Assembly: GCA_951406725.2 (NCBI GenBank)
Contig: OX597842.1
Span: forward strand, 23,560,001-23,624,000
Length of the DNA stretch: 64,000 bases
Source: Octopus vulgaris
Lineage: Eukaryota
Reading direction: 5' to 3'
Shown: positions 1 through 15,337 of the stretch, one piece after another
Numbering within the stretch: the first letter of the stretch is position 1
Layout of the letters: the number at the start of each line of letters is the position of its first letter
Notes under the pieces: generated by a model
The model's input: only the letters and a program-made list of their open reading frames with translations
Databases searched by the model: none
What the model was told of the DNA's origin: nothing
Made by a program: the position numbers and the translations under genes

Positions 1-754
1 ACTTTAAGGCTGTAATAGTGATACTACTACGAATAATAATGTAAATAATAGAATTATGTGAACCTCTCGATGTTACAGTAATAATTTTTCGAAGCGGGAA
101 CCTGACAATAATTAGGAAAATATATTTCTTTGACTTAATTAATAACTTTGAAGCTGAAATGTTGATTTGTTGTTTATAAAATACAATGACCGACTGTTAC
201 ATGTGATAGAACTGAAATTAATTGGTAAAGTGAGGATAAAACAGCGTAATTAATTAGTAAAATGTGAGGAGTCCGATTGAAGAATTCCACATTAATATAT
301 GTTATCCTGTTGTTTATGAGGCATTGATAAAACGGTAAGTTGATAAAGATTTACTCTAATGTTATATTAATAATAGTAATGATGATGATGATTTCAAAAC
401 TGGCCCAGGGTCAGCAATGTTTAATACGAGCGATAAGTCGATTGCATGGGTCCCGGTTTTTTCGCGAAACAGATGAAAGAAAAAGTCGATCTTATTCGTA
501 TTTGAACTCAGGACTTTCCGCCGAGGTTGGCTTTGTATTTCATTCCATTCCGTGTGAAGAAAATAATAATGATGATGATGATAATAGTAATCTTTTGATA
601 ATTAAAACAATAATCATTTGTGCTTTTGACCTGAAAATTGGCGGGAGGGCATAATTGAATTACATGGACCCTAGTACTTGATTGCTTCTTATTTTTCTAC
701 CTGGAAATGATGAAAGGCAACCTTGATGTGATTTGAACTTTGAGTGTAATGATG

Positions 755-1486
755 CGATCTTTTCACTTTTTTATAATAATTTCTATGTAACTATAAAATT
801 TTAAACTTCGTATACTGGTAGAATGTGTTTATAAAACATCTTTCTCTCTTGGCTTTGTTGAGAAAATTCTGTAGTTTGTAACATATTTGTTTAATTTTTT
901 GCATTTCGACAATTTCAACCAATCAATGACGTCTATTGAGGTGAAAACGGTTTCTGCCGTAACATTTTCTGGCGGCGTTATATGAAAATGTCCCTGTTAC
1001 ATATTATATATTCGTTTAAGAAACAGATTGAGTTTATTTACATTTCTGAAGAAAAAAAGATACCCTTCCCGACCAACACTAACCCTAAAACAGATTGAAA
1101 TGCAATAGATCGATACTAGGGTCATAATTATGGGTGGACACTAAAGAGGGAATGGTTTTGTTATCTATCTCTGTTTACGAGTGACCCCTCAGGCTATGGT
1201 CACAGGGTATCTTTTTTCTCATAAAAAAACAGGGACATTTTCATATGACGCCACCAGTAAATGTTACGGCAGAAATCGTTTTCACCTCAATAGACGTCAT
1301 TGATTGGTTGAAATTGCCGAAATGCAAGAAATTAAACAACAAATATGTTACAAACTATAGAATTTTCTCAAGAAAGCCAAGAGAAAAAGATGCTTTATAA
1401 ACACATTCTACCAGTATACGAAGTTGAAAATTTTTTAGTTACATAGAAATTATTTTAAAAATCTGCTGGCCAAAGCAAAAAGATCC
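755..1486. mobile_element. Fold-back MITE with 8-bp TSD (Merlin-like) in the intron of B-type upstream regions
   Basis: Termini (c)GATCTTTT...AAAAGATCC. TSD TAATGATG at 747-754 and 1487-1494. Inverted arms of about 250 bp. Confidence 0.85.
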
Positions 1487-2201
1487 TAATGATGTGTAGG
1501 GCATTGCCCATGGGCTCATTGTAGACAACATGAAGGTAGGGACCTTCACTGCTGGCTAGCTAGTGAGCTGGTCCAGAGAAGGGAATTCCAGTCAAGCAAC
1601 ATGAAGTCTTAAATCAAACATTTTTCTGAAAGGTAATGGTGAAGTGTGTAGTAAACTTGTGTGGGTATACCAATGTTTCAACGCCTCAATGAACTCTGAC
1701 CCCTGTAAACATTGACATTAAATGACTGACAGTGTTCATGTTGTAATATTTACAATGTTGAATTACTATGTCACTTAACTATCCTCTTTATCTTACTGTT
1801 TCTTTTTCTATTTCAGAATATCAAATCTTGTTGACATAAAGGAAATTTTGTCGTTCAGATGTGACTTTTGATATTTTTATGGACTTTCATCAACTAAAGG
1901 AAGACGATATATTTATAAGGAGCATTCATCTATACATCAACGTTTCTATATAAATATAATCTATGACAAACAACAGCGAAATATATTTCTTGTCTTCACT
2001 GTCTGGAATGTAGAGGAGGTGATTGCTTTACAAGTTTGGATAACGTTACGAAGGACCTGACAGTTTTCACCTGCTAATTTAGATATTAAGTAAGATCACA
2101 GATAAAAGAAACATAGCATTAAATTATTCCCTGAAAATAGTGATGCAAATGGACACAAACATATTCATAGAAAGGAAAAAAACAATATTATTGTGATATA
2201 T

Positions 2202-4580
<2,379 letters not shown>

Positions 4581-5067
4581 TATAAATATTAAAATTTGTT
4601 ACAATATGCCTAAAATTACTTCTAGTTTTTCTGCAAAGAGACAGGGATTTTTTTAATCTCTTCAAATTTCATGGTATCAACTTCAATTTCATCAATGTCA
4701 ACATCAAATTCAGCAAAGACTTTGATTTCTGAAGATGGTCATGCTGGATTTTTGTGGAATTTGTTATGAGAAAATAAAGAAATGGGAATAATGAATAAAA
4801 GCTGAATTAAACTGAAATTGGTTTTGCCTATTAACTTTCATCATTGTCGTCATTTTTATCATCATCATCATCATCATCATCCTTCAGCGATAGCTTTTCT
4901 TTATATGCTGTCATGGGTGGGACAGTTTGAGATGAGCTGGCAACTCAAAATGCTGCACTAGGTTCAGGTCTAATTTGTTGGAGTTTTTTTGGATGTATTC
5001 TCCTAATGCTAACCAGTTTACAGTTTATGCTGTGCTTTCCATACACATACATGTATATATATACTCT

Positions 5068-5259
5068 TTACTCTATTACTTGTTTCTGTCATTTGACTGC
5101 AGCCATGCTGGAGCACCGCCTTTAATCGAGCAACTCGACCAAGGGACTTGTTCTTTTGTAAGCCCAGTACTTATTCTATCGGTCTTTTTTTGCCGAACCA
5201 CTAAGTAACGGGGACATAAACACACCAGCATCAGTTGTCAAGTAATGCTAAGGGAACAA

Positions 5260-5292
<33 letters not shown>

Positions 5293-5420
5293 CACATATA
5301 TATGACGGGGTTCTTTCAGTTTCCATCTCCCAAATCCACTCACAAGGCTTTGGTCGGCTCGAGGGTACAGTAGAAGACACTTGCCCAAGGTGCCACGCAG
5401 TTGGACTGAACCCGGAACCA
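5068..5420 (-). mobile_element. tRNA-derived SINE (family 1), 5' truncated
   Basis: Reverse complement of the SINE at 56158-56545. Paralogous copy at about 15020-15306. Confidence 0.8.
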
Positions 5421-5453
5421 CGGGCCCTTTTTGATACCATTAGTACAACCATG

Positions 5454-5773
5454 GGATCTTTCAGTTTGAACGGCAGTTTTTTCTATGAAATTGTCACCAA
5501 TAATTATGACCCTTGTATCGATCTATTGCATTTCAATCTGTTTTAGGGTTAAGGGTTGGGGGAAGGGTATCTTTTGTTTCTTCATAAATGTAAATAAACC
5601 CAATCAGTTTCTTGAACGAGGGACATATTCATACGGCACAAAATGTTTTTTTTTTTACCTCAATAGACGTCATTGATTGGTTGAAATTGCAGAAACTGAA
5701 GAAAAAAAACCAACAAATATCTTATAAACTATAGAATTTTCTCAATAAAGCCAAGAGAAAAAGATGTTTTATA
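5454..5773. mobile_element. Truncated GGATC-terminal MITE
   Basis: Same insertion as 15338-15739, cut by a deletion at about 5773. Confidence 0.8.
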
Positions 5774-5821
5774 ATGACTGAAACATGTAAAAGAGAATGT
5801 GTGTGTATATATATATATATA

Positions 5822-6032
5822 TATTTGTTTACTACCCACAAGGGGCTAAACACAGAGGGGACAAAGAAGGACAAACGGATTAAGTTGATTAGATCGACCT
5901 CAGTATGTAACTGGTACTTAATTTATCGACCCTGAGAGGATGAAAGGCAAAGTCGACCTCGGCGGAATTTGAAACCAGAATGTAACTGCAGACAAAATAC
6001 GGCTACGCATTTCGGCCAGCTCACCGCCTTTA
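5822..6032 (-). mobile_element. SINE family 2 (core GTCGACTTTGCCTTTCATCCTTTCGGGGTCGATAAATTAAGTACCAG); paralog at about 16715-16916
   Basis: Reverse complement of the family seen at 8783-9020. The core resembles the Meta-type SINE central domain (from memory, unverified). Confidence 0.75.
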
Positions 6033-6096
6033 TGTTTACATACATATATATATATATGTATGTTTGCATTTTATATCCTCATAATTGTACTTTGTA

Positions 6097-6222
6097 ATCT
6101 CTGACGAGGCTTTGAGATATATATATAAGTAACTCATTTTTAACTGCATATTACCTCAATACATCTGACTAATATGGGCATAATGAGATACCCTTATCTA
6201 TAGGCTGAAACAGCTGTAAGAT
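6097..6222 (+). ncRNA. Type I hammerhead ribozyme with long stem II, in a Penelope/retrozyme-like fragment (about 6061-6402)
   Basis: ATCT-CTGACGA-GGCTT...AGGCT-GAAA-CAGCTG-TA-AGAT. Full catalytic core, stem I ATCT/AGAT, palindromic minimal stem III and a GUA cleavage triplet ending at 6218. Confidence 0.8.
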
Positions 6223-6431
6223 CCATTTTATATGTATTATTTTTATGGTATTATCTCATTGATGTATATTGTTTCATTCTGTCTTATTCTGTTGGGTTTG
6301 ATGTTCCTATTTAATTAATTAGTTAATAAATTATATGAATTGGTATTATCTGGAAGTTGATGATTGAAAGGAAACTATTCATCGATTTTCTTACTTTGTA
6401 TTATGTATACATATATATGTGTATATATATA

Positions 6432-6820
6432 TGTAGTGGACTGGATGTGATGTGCCATATCAATCAATATGAAATAGCCCACAACTAAATGTAGAGTATA
6501 GAGGTAACGCTTCAAGGTTCTGGTGTCAAAGTAACCAGTGAACATGGAAGAATTAGCACTAAGAAGTGTTATTTACATATATCTATTTGTTTACCTGAAG
6601 CATAAGAGGAAGAGACAGAAAATTCTCTCTGTTATATCGGCTATGTTTAGTAATGCAGGTCAAACCTTAAACAAAGGTCTGACCTTTCCTTGACCAGTAG
6701 GGTGTGGAGTGTTTCCTCATCAATCAACTAGTGTTGTGGATATCCCACTCGTTTTGACAAGCAACAAGCCAGTGGATTTGGTTTCAATCTCAGGCAAGGT
6801 CAAGTTGGACCCTCACTTAT
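6432..6820. mobile_element. Possible degenerate solo LTR in a (TA)n tract (paralog at about 17328-17717)
   Basis: Starts TGTAGTG and ends CCTCAC(T/C)TATA, similar to the end of the LTR at 55408. Bounded by TA repeats, so no TSD can be resolved. Confidence 0.3.
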
Positions 6821-6839
6821 ATATATATATGTATGTATA

Positions 6840-7318
6840 CATCATCATCATCATTTAACGCCCGTTCTCCATGCTAGCATGGGTTGGACGGTTCGACTGG
6901 GGCCTGGGAAGCCAGATGGCTGCACCAGGCTCCAGTCTGATCTGGCAGTGTTTCTACAGCTGGATGCCCTTCCTAAAGCCAACCACTCCGAGAGTGTAGT
7001 GAGTACTTTTTTCGTGCCAGGCAAGGCTGGCAACGGCCACGATCGCGTTGGTGCTTTTTATGTGCCACCGGCATGGAAGCCAGTCAAGGCGCTGTCATCG
7101 GCCACGTTCAGACGGTGCTCTTTATGTGCTACCAGCACAGAAGCCAGTCTAGGTGGAGCTGGCATCGGTCATGTTCGGATGGTAGTCTTTTTTGTGCCAC
7201 CAGCACAGCTTTCACAACTGCAGTTTCCATTGATCTTTGATGTTGGTGTCCTTGACTCAATGGATCTCCTCAAGCACAGGGTCAAAACGGTGTTTCTTTA
7301 CTTGCCACCTGCACAGGA
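6840..7318 (-). mobile_element. SINE/LINE 3' end with (GAT)n tail (family 3); also at about 18618-19073, 30389-30850 and 41490-41875
   Basis: Recurrent CATCATCAT-TTAACG...CCATGCTAGCATGGGTTGGACG...CTGGATGCCCTTCCTAACGCCAACCACTCC, with internal GTGCCACCGGCA subrepeats. Confidence 0.75.
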
Positions 7319-8782
7319 TATATATATATATATATAAATTACTCATGAGTAGTCAACGGCCATCCATTAATATGTGTAGATGCACATACCATTTTACCTT
7401 CTATTTTTATAAAATAAAGTGAAGGTATTTAATTCCATATATTAGGGGGCAGATGGGACTCCTTAACCTTGGTGAAGGTATATTATTTAGGAGAGGGAAA
7501 CTTATATAAACCAGGTCTTTGGTTGTGAGGGTCTCCTTAACAGGGCTGTACTCTCAGTACAATCCTGACTCATAAGGTAGACTAGGCTCTCCAGCTTGCT
7601 AATAGCGGCTTGTCTAGGAGATGAAAACCTTTAAAGAAAAAACCTGAGTTGTGTTGTTTTTAGTATTGTGAGCATATTCTTGCTATCATCACTTCCAAAA
7701 AGCATGGCTGGTTCTACACAAGCCTTCAACACTCGAATCAAATATTTCTGTTTGGGGTTTCTGACAACTTACATTTATTCATTCAATATGGCAGAGCTTC
7801 AAGTTGTGAAAATCAAAAGGAGAGTGAAAGTGATAAGATAGGTAAAGGATATTACTGGAAGTCTCATGCTGGATCTCTCTACAGTCTGTGACCATTAGGT
7901 GATGGCCGTACCAGCACAGAACTTGTGAGTAACTGCGGATAAACGACAAGAGGTCATCCAGAAAAGAGAATGCCTACAAAAAATGCAGAAGCCAGAGCCA
8001 TCGAACCCCCTCCAGTCGGAAGCGCCATCTATGAGAGAATTGAGGAAATACAAGCATATAAAGGGAAATAACCTCTACAAAACTCCAAACCACGTGGTCC
8101 CTGTAATTTATTAATTAAGGTGCTAAATTACTGATCACTGAATCCTTGTTTATATCTGAATACGGTAAGTTGACAATTATTTTCTGTTAGGCTGTAATGA
8201 TAATAATAATAATGTAAATTATAGAATTATGTGACCCTCTCGATGTTACAGTAATTATTTGGAAGGCATAACAATAGGGAAATGTATTTGCTCGTCTTAA
8301 ATAACTTCCGAAGTGAAATGTTAATTTGTTGTTTATGAAAACCTATTCTCAACAGTTACATGTGATATAAAGTAAATTAATTAGTAAAATGAAAGTATTG
8401 TGGTATAATTAATTAGTAATATCCAGAGTAATGTAGCATAATTAATTTGTAAAACGAGAGGACTATCATTTTACTATGGTTAATGTGATGAAGGCTGTCA
8501 CATTAATAAACGTTGTCCTGTTGTTTATGAGGCACTGATTAATCGGTAAGTTGGCGAGGATTTCTTCTAAGGTTATACTAATAATAGTTATGATGATGAT
8601 CGTTTCAAATTTTGCCAGTCGAATACATAGAACTCAGTATTTCCCGAAAGGGATGAAAGGCAAAGTCGACCTCGGCCGTATTTGAAGTGAGGACTTAACG
8701 CTGAGGTCGACTTCGACTTTCGTTCGTTTCGGGTGCATAAAATAATAATGGTGATGATGATGATATCAATTTTTAGTACTTT

Positions 8783-9295
8783 AAAGGCGCCAAGCTGGCA
8801 GAAACGTTAGTGCGCTGGGCGAAGTGCTTAGCTGTATTTCGCCTCCCGTTACGTTCTGAGTTGAAATTCCGCCGAGGTCGACTTTGCCTTACCTCTTTTC
8901 GGGGTCGATAAATTAAGTACCAGTTACGCACTGGGGTTGATATAATCGATTTAATCCGTTTGTCTGTCCTTGTTTGTCCCCTCTGTGTTTAGCCCCTTGT
9001 GGGCAGTAAATAAATAAGAAACGGTATTTCATGTGTCTTTACGTTCTGAGTTGAAATTCCGCCGAGGTTGACTTTGCCTTACATCCTTTCGGGGTCAATA
9101 AATTAAGTACCAGTTACGCACTGGAGTCAATATAATCGACTTAATTCGCTTGTTTGTCCCCTCTGTGTTTTGCCCCTTGTGGGCAGTAAAGAAATAAGAA
9201 ACGTTAGTACTGTATTTCGTGTGTCTTTACGTTCTGAGTTCAAATTCCGCCTACGTCGACTTTGCCTTTCATACTTTCATGATCGATAAATTAAG
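8783..9295 (+). mobile_element. Tandem array of SINE family 2 units in the C-type intron (paralogs at 31740-32290 and 48747-49100)
   Basis: One full and two 5'-truncated head-to-tail units, each with a B-box-like GAGTT(C/G)AAATTCC. Confidence 0.78.
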
Positions 9296-10521
9296 GGTTA
9301 AACTAAAGCGTTAGACCCGGTCAAAAAAACAAAAAAAAAAATGTAATAGGCGTAAAACAACTTCCTCTAAACGAATATGAAAAAAAATGCGCGCACGCGA
9401 AAGGGGAGTGGGGCAGAGGCCTTGGAAAATTCACATCGGGAATTTCCGAAAGCGTCTGACCCGGGCACAAAAACAAAGACTAAAATAGCATAATAGGTGT
9501 AAAACAACTTGCTCTAAACGAATATGATAAAAAAAAAAAGCGCCCTCGCGAAAGGGGGTGGGGGAGAGGTGTAATTGGTGTAAAACTACTTGTTCTGAAC
9601 GATTATCAAGAACACACACTCACACATGAATCATAAACTCCGTATTTTTGTACATATTTCGCAAAAAAAAATAAAGAGAAGAAATTCTGGAAAAAGTGAA
9701 GAAATGTCGGATCTCTGCCATATGAATCAAAATACGTGTCAGAAACATCTTGAAATACTACAGAAATTATGTTACGAAAATGATAATGTATACATACCTC
9801 TTTGAGTGGTCCATCGACAGTGATGATAAAGAAATGAGATGGGTTGGAGGAAAAAATTATCTCGGGCCAGGATAAAGACTTGCTGCTGCCAATAAGAATA
9901 CGTGTATTCTCTTGGCAGCAGGTTTGATGCTTTCCATAAATAGGAACTTGGAGAGGTATTGCTTTAAGTAACAGGCATGGATGCCTGGGCGAACAACTGA
10001 TCTCTTAACTGACCCCCACAATCTCTCTATCGTCTGTGTGTGCACTGACGCGTTTGTAGGATCAACAAAATTTTCACTGTGGTTGATGCGGAAGTGAGTA
10101 TAGCTGAGATTTCCAAGAGAGTTATACGCAGCCCAAGAATCGCTATATACTATGGACCCTTGGCATATATATCGGGTAATTAAGGGGATCTGTGTGGCGG
10201 CATCTCGCCTTTCCTCTTCACACTCAGATGAAAGAGGTATCAAAACTTTTTTTTGGCTACTCGCTCTATCCCACCGGCGAGGGCGCATTTTTTTCATCAT
10301 ATCCATTTAGAGCAAGTTGTTTTACACCTATTACGCTATTTTTGTTTTTGTTTTGGTGCCCGGGTTAGCTCCTCAGACGCTTTCGGAAATTCCCGAGCTG
10401 AATTTTCCAAGGCCTCTGCCCCACTCCCCTTTTGCGTGCACGCATTTTTTTTTTTTTCGTATTCGTTTAGAGGAAGTTGTTTTACACCTATTACATGCAT
10501 TTTTTTTTTTGGTTTCTTTGA
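9296..10521 (-). mobile_element. Merlin-superfamily (IS1595/IS1016-related) DNA transposon, internally deleted
   Basis: Begins with GG. Inverted repeats of about 230 bp (9320-9550 vs 10278-10521) are built from tandem subrepeats. Carries a transposase fragment. The outer ~25 bp of the right TIR are missing. Confidence 0.88.
9857..10235 (-). pseudogene. C-terminal fragment of an IS1595-family (ISXO2-like) DDE transposase
   Basis: GSIVYSDSWAAYNSL...YTHFRINHSENFVDP...HTQTIERLWGSVK...YLSKFLF matches the family motif SDxWxxY...NHS..FVDP..HTQxIExxW. The N-terminal half is absent. Confidence 0.88.
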
Positions 10522-10643
10522 GCAATTTTTTTAGGGTGAGTGGGAGTCGATTACACGAGACCCAGAATTTCCTGAAAGGGATGAACGGCAAAGTCAACCT
10601 CGACTGTATTTGAACCCAAGACTTACTGTCGAGATTGACTCTG

Positions 10644-11052
10644 GGATCTTTTCGGTTTGAACGGCAGTTTTTAAAAATAATTCCCATGTAACTAAATACT
10701 TTTAAACTTCGTATACTGGTAGAATGTGTTTATAAAACATCTTTTTCTCTTGGCTTTATTGAGAAAATTTTATAGTTTGTAAGATATTTGTTTTTTTTTC
10801 TTCAATTTCTGCAATTTCAACCAATCATTGATGGCTATTGAGGTGAAAACATTCTGTGCTGTATGAATATGTCCCTCGTTTAAGAAACAGATTAGGTTTT
10901 TTTACATTTGTGAAGAAAAAAAGATACCCTTCCCCCAACCCTAACCCTAAAAGAGATTGAAATGCAATAGATCGATACTAGGGTCATAATTATGGGTGAC
11001 AATTTCATATGACACCCCTAGAAAAAAACTGCCGTTCAAACTAAAAGGATCC
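10644..11052. mobile_element. GGATC-terminal MITE (Merlin-like) flanked by a 29-bp direct repeat
   Basis: TIR GGATCTTTTCGGTTTGAACGGCAGTTTTT / AAAAACTGCCGTTCAAACTAAAAGGATCC. Flanking repeats at 10615-10643 and 11053-11081. Confidence 0.88.
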
Positions 11053-11349
11053 CCCAAGACTTACTGTCAAGATCGACTCTATCTTTAATTTTTTTCAGGG
11101 TGAGTAAAAAATAATAATAATCAAGGTGCCGCGCAGTGGGAATGAACTCAGAACATAGCGATAGGCGAAATACCACTCAGCATTTCATGCAGCGTGCTAA
11201 TGACTCTGCCAGTAAATAATGGAATTATGCGAACCCTTCGAAGTTACTGCAATCTGTGAAAATGCATAGAAAGATTGTGAAAATATGCTCCCTTGTCTTA
11301 GATATATCAAACATGAATTTGTTCTGAAAGGTATGAGGAAGGTAGGTGT

Positions 11350-11618
11350 AGGGCCGACCTAAGCCTTGTGAGTGGATTTCGTAGACGGAAACTGAAAAAA
11401 GCCCTTTGTATATGTGTGTGTGTGTATGTGTTTGTCTCCCCAACATCGCTTGACAACCGATGCTGGTGTGTTTACGTCACCGTAACTTAGCGGTTCAGTA
11501 AAAGCGACCGATAGAATAAGTAACTAGGCTTCCAAACAATAAGTCCTGGGGTCGATTTGCTTGACTAAAAGGCGGTGCTCCAGCATAGCCACAGTCAAAT
11601 GACTGAAACAAGTAAAAG
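11350..11618 (+). mobile_element. SINE family 1, headless (paralog at about 44025-44295)
   Basis: Matches the body and tail of 56158-56545. Confidence 0.78.
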
Positions 11619-12166
11619 TTGTGTAGGTATGCCAGTCTTTCAAAGCTTCAATGAACTCCGACCCTTGCGAACATTGATATTAAACGGATGACAGTATTAA
11701 TGTTGTAAAATTTGCAATGTTGAATTATTATGTCACTTAACTATTCTCTTTACCTTACTGTTTCTTTTCCTCTTTCAGAATATCACATCTTGTTGACATA
11801 AAAAAGAAATTTTGTCGTTCAGATGTTACTTTTGATATTTTTATGGACTTTCATCAACTAAAGGAAGACAATATATTTATAAGGAGCCTTCATTAATACA
11901 TCAACCTTTTCATATTGATATAATCTATGACAAACAACAGCAAAATATTTTTCTTGTCTTCAACTGTCTTGAATGTAGAGGAGGTGATTGCTTTACAAGT
12001 TTGGATAACTTTATGAAGGACCTGACAGTTTTTACCTGCTAATTTAGATATTAAGTAAGATCACAGATGAAAGAAACATAGCAGTAAATTATTCCCTGAA
12101 AATACTAATTGAACTATACACAAAAATATTCATAGAAAATAAAAAAGCAATATCTTTGTGATATAT

Positions 12167-14084
<1,918 letters not shown>

Positions 14085-14418
14085 TGAGATATCTGTGGTT
14101 AATCATTCTCTTATAATACTCACTTGAACTAATCATAAACATATTCATACTGGGGGAAAAACCACATCACTGTGATATCTGTGGTGAATAATTCTTTCAA
14201 AATGGCCACTTCAGTACACATGTGAGTATTCACACACAACTGTAACTGTACCAGTATTGAAATTTATTACAACACGACAACAATAACTTTTATTTTTCTC
14301 TGCTAAAAGGCGTTTTCTTTATATCTCTTCAAATTTGATGTTATCAACTTCAAATTCATGGATATGAACCTGAATTCCGTGTATTTATGGAAATATATCA
14401 ACACAACAAAGCCTTTGA

Positions 14419-14541
<123 letters not shown>

Positions 14542-15337
14542 TGATTATAGGTATTAAAATTTGTTACAACATGCCTAAAATTACTTCTAGTTTTTCTTCA
14601 AAGAGACAGGGATTTTTTTATCTCTTCAAATTTCATGGTATCAACTTCAATTTCATCAATGTCAACATCTAATTCAGCAAAGACTTTAATTTCTGAAGAT
14701 GGTCATGCTGGATTTTTGAGGAATTTGTTATGAGAGAATAAAGAAATGGGAATAATGAATAAAATCTGAACTAAACTGAAATTGGTTTTGTCTATGTACT
14801 TTCATCATTGTCGTCATTTTCATCATCATCATCCTTCAGCGATAGCTTTTCTTTATATGCTGTCATGGGTGAGACAGTTTGAGATGAGCTGGCAAACCAT
14901 AATGCTGCACCAGGTTCCAGTCTGATTTGTTTGGGTTTCTTTGGATGTATTCTCCTAATGCTAACCAGTTTACAGTTTATGCTGTGCTTTACATATACAT
15001 ACATGTATATATATACTCTTTACTCTATTACTTGTTTCAGTCATTTGACTGCGGCCATGCTGGAGCACCACCTTTAATCGAGTAACTTGGCCCCGGGACT
15101 TATTCTTTTGTAAGCCCAGTACTTATTCTATCGGTCTCTTTTTGCCGAACCACTAAGTAACGGGGACAAACACAGACACACATATACGACAGGCTTCTTT
15201 CAGTTTCCGTCTACCAAATCCACTCACAAGGCTTTGGTCGGCCCGAGGCTACAGTAGAAGACACTTGCCCTAGGTGCCACGCAGTGGGACTGAACCCGGA
15301 ACCATGAGCCCTTTTTGATACCGTTAGTACAACCATA

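Noticed and set aside
340-654. 104-aa ORF also present at 34633..34947
   Set aside because: Non-ATG start just after a splice donor, made of decayed SINE and simple repeats, and frameshifted in the paralogs at about 21930 and 60920.
1817-2200. Possible KRAB-like or other effector domain upstream of the fingers
   Set aside because: A ~44-codon open stretch exists in some copies, but it ends in a stop well before the ZNF ATG and is broken in both type A genes and the D gene. Treated as 5' UTR.
6879-7337. 152-aa ORF and relatives at 18739, 30626 and 41577
   Set aside because: They lie within a GC-richer SINE/LINE tail and the frames are not conserved between copies.
9857-10306. Bacterial IS1595 contamination or recent horizontal transfer
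   Set aside because: It is embedded in host SINE and intron sequence with Merlin-type long TIRs, and Merlin is an established eukaryotic superfamily.
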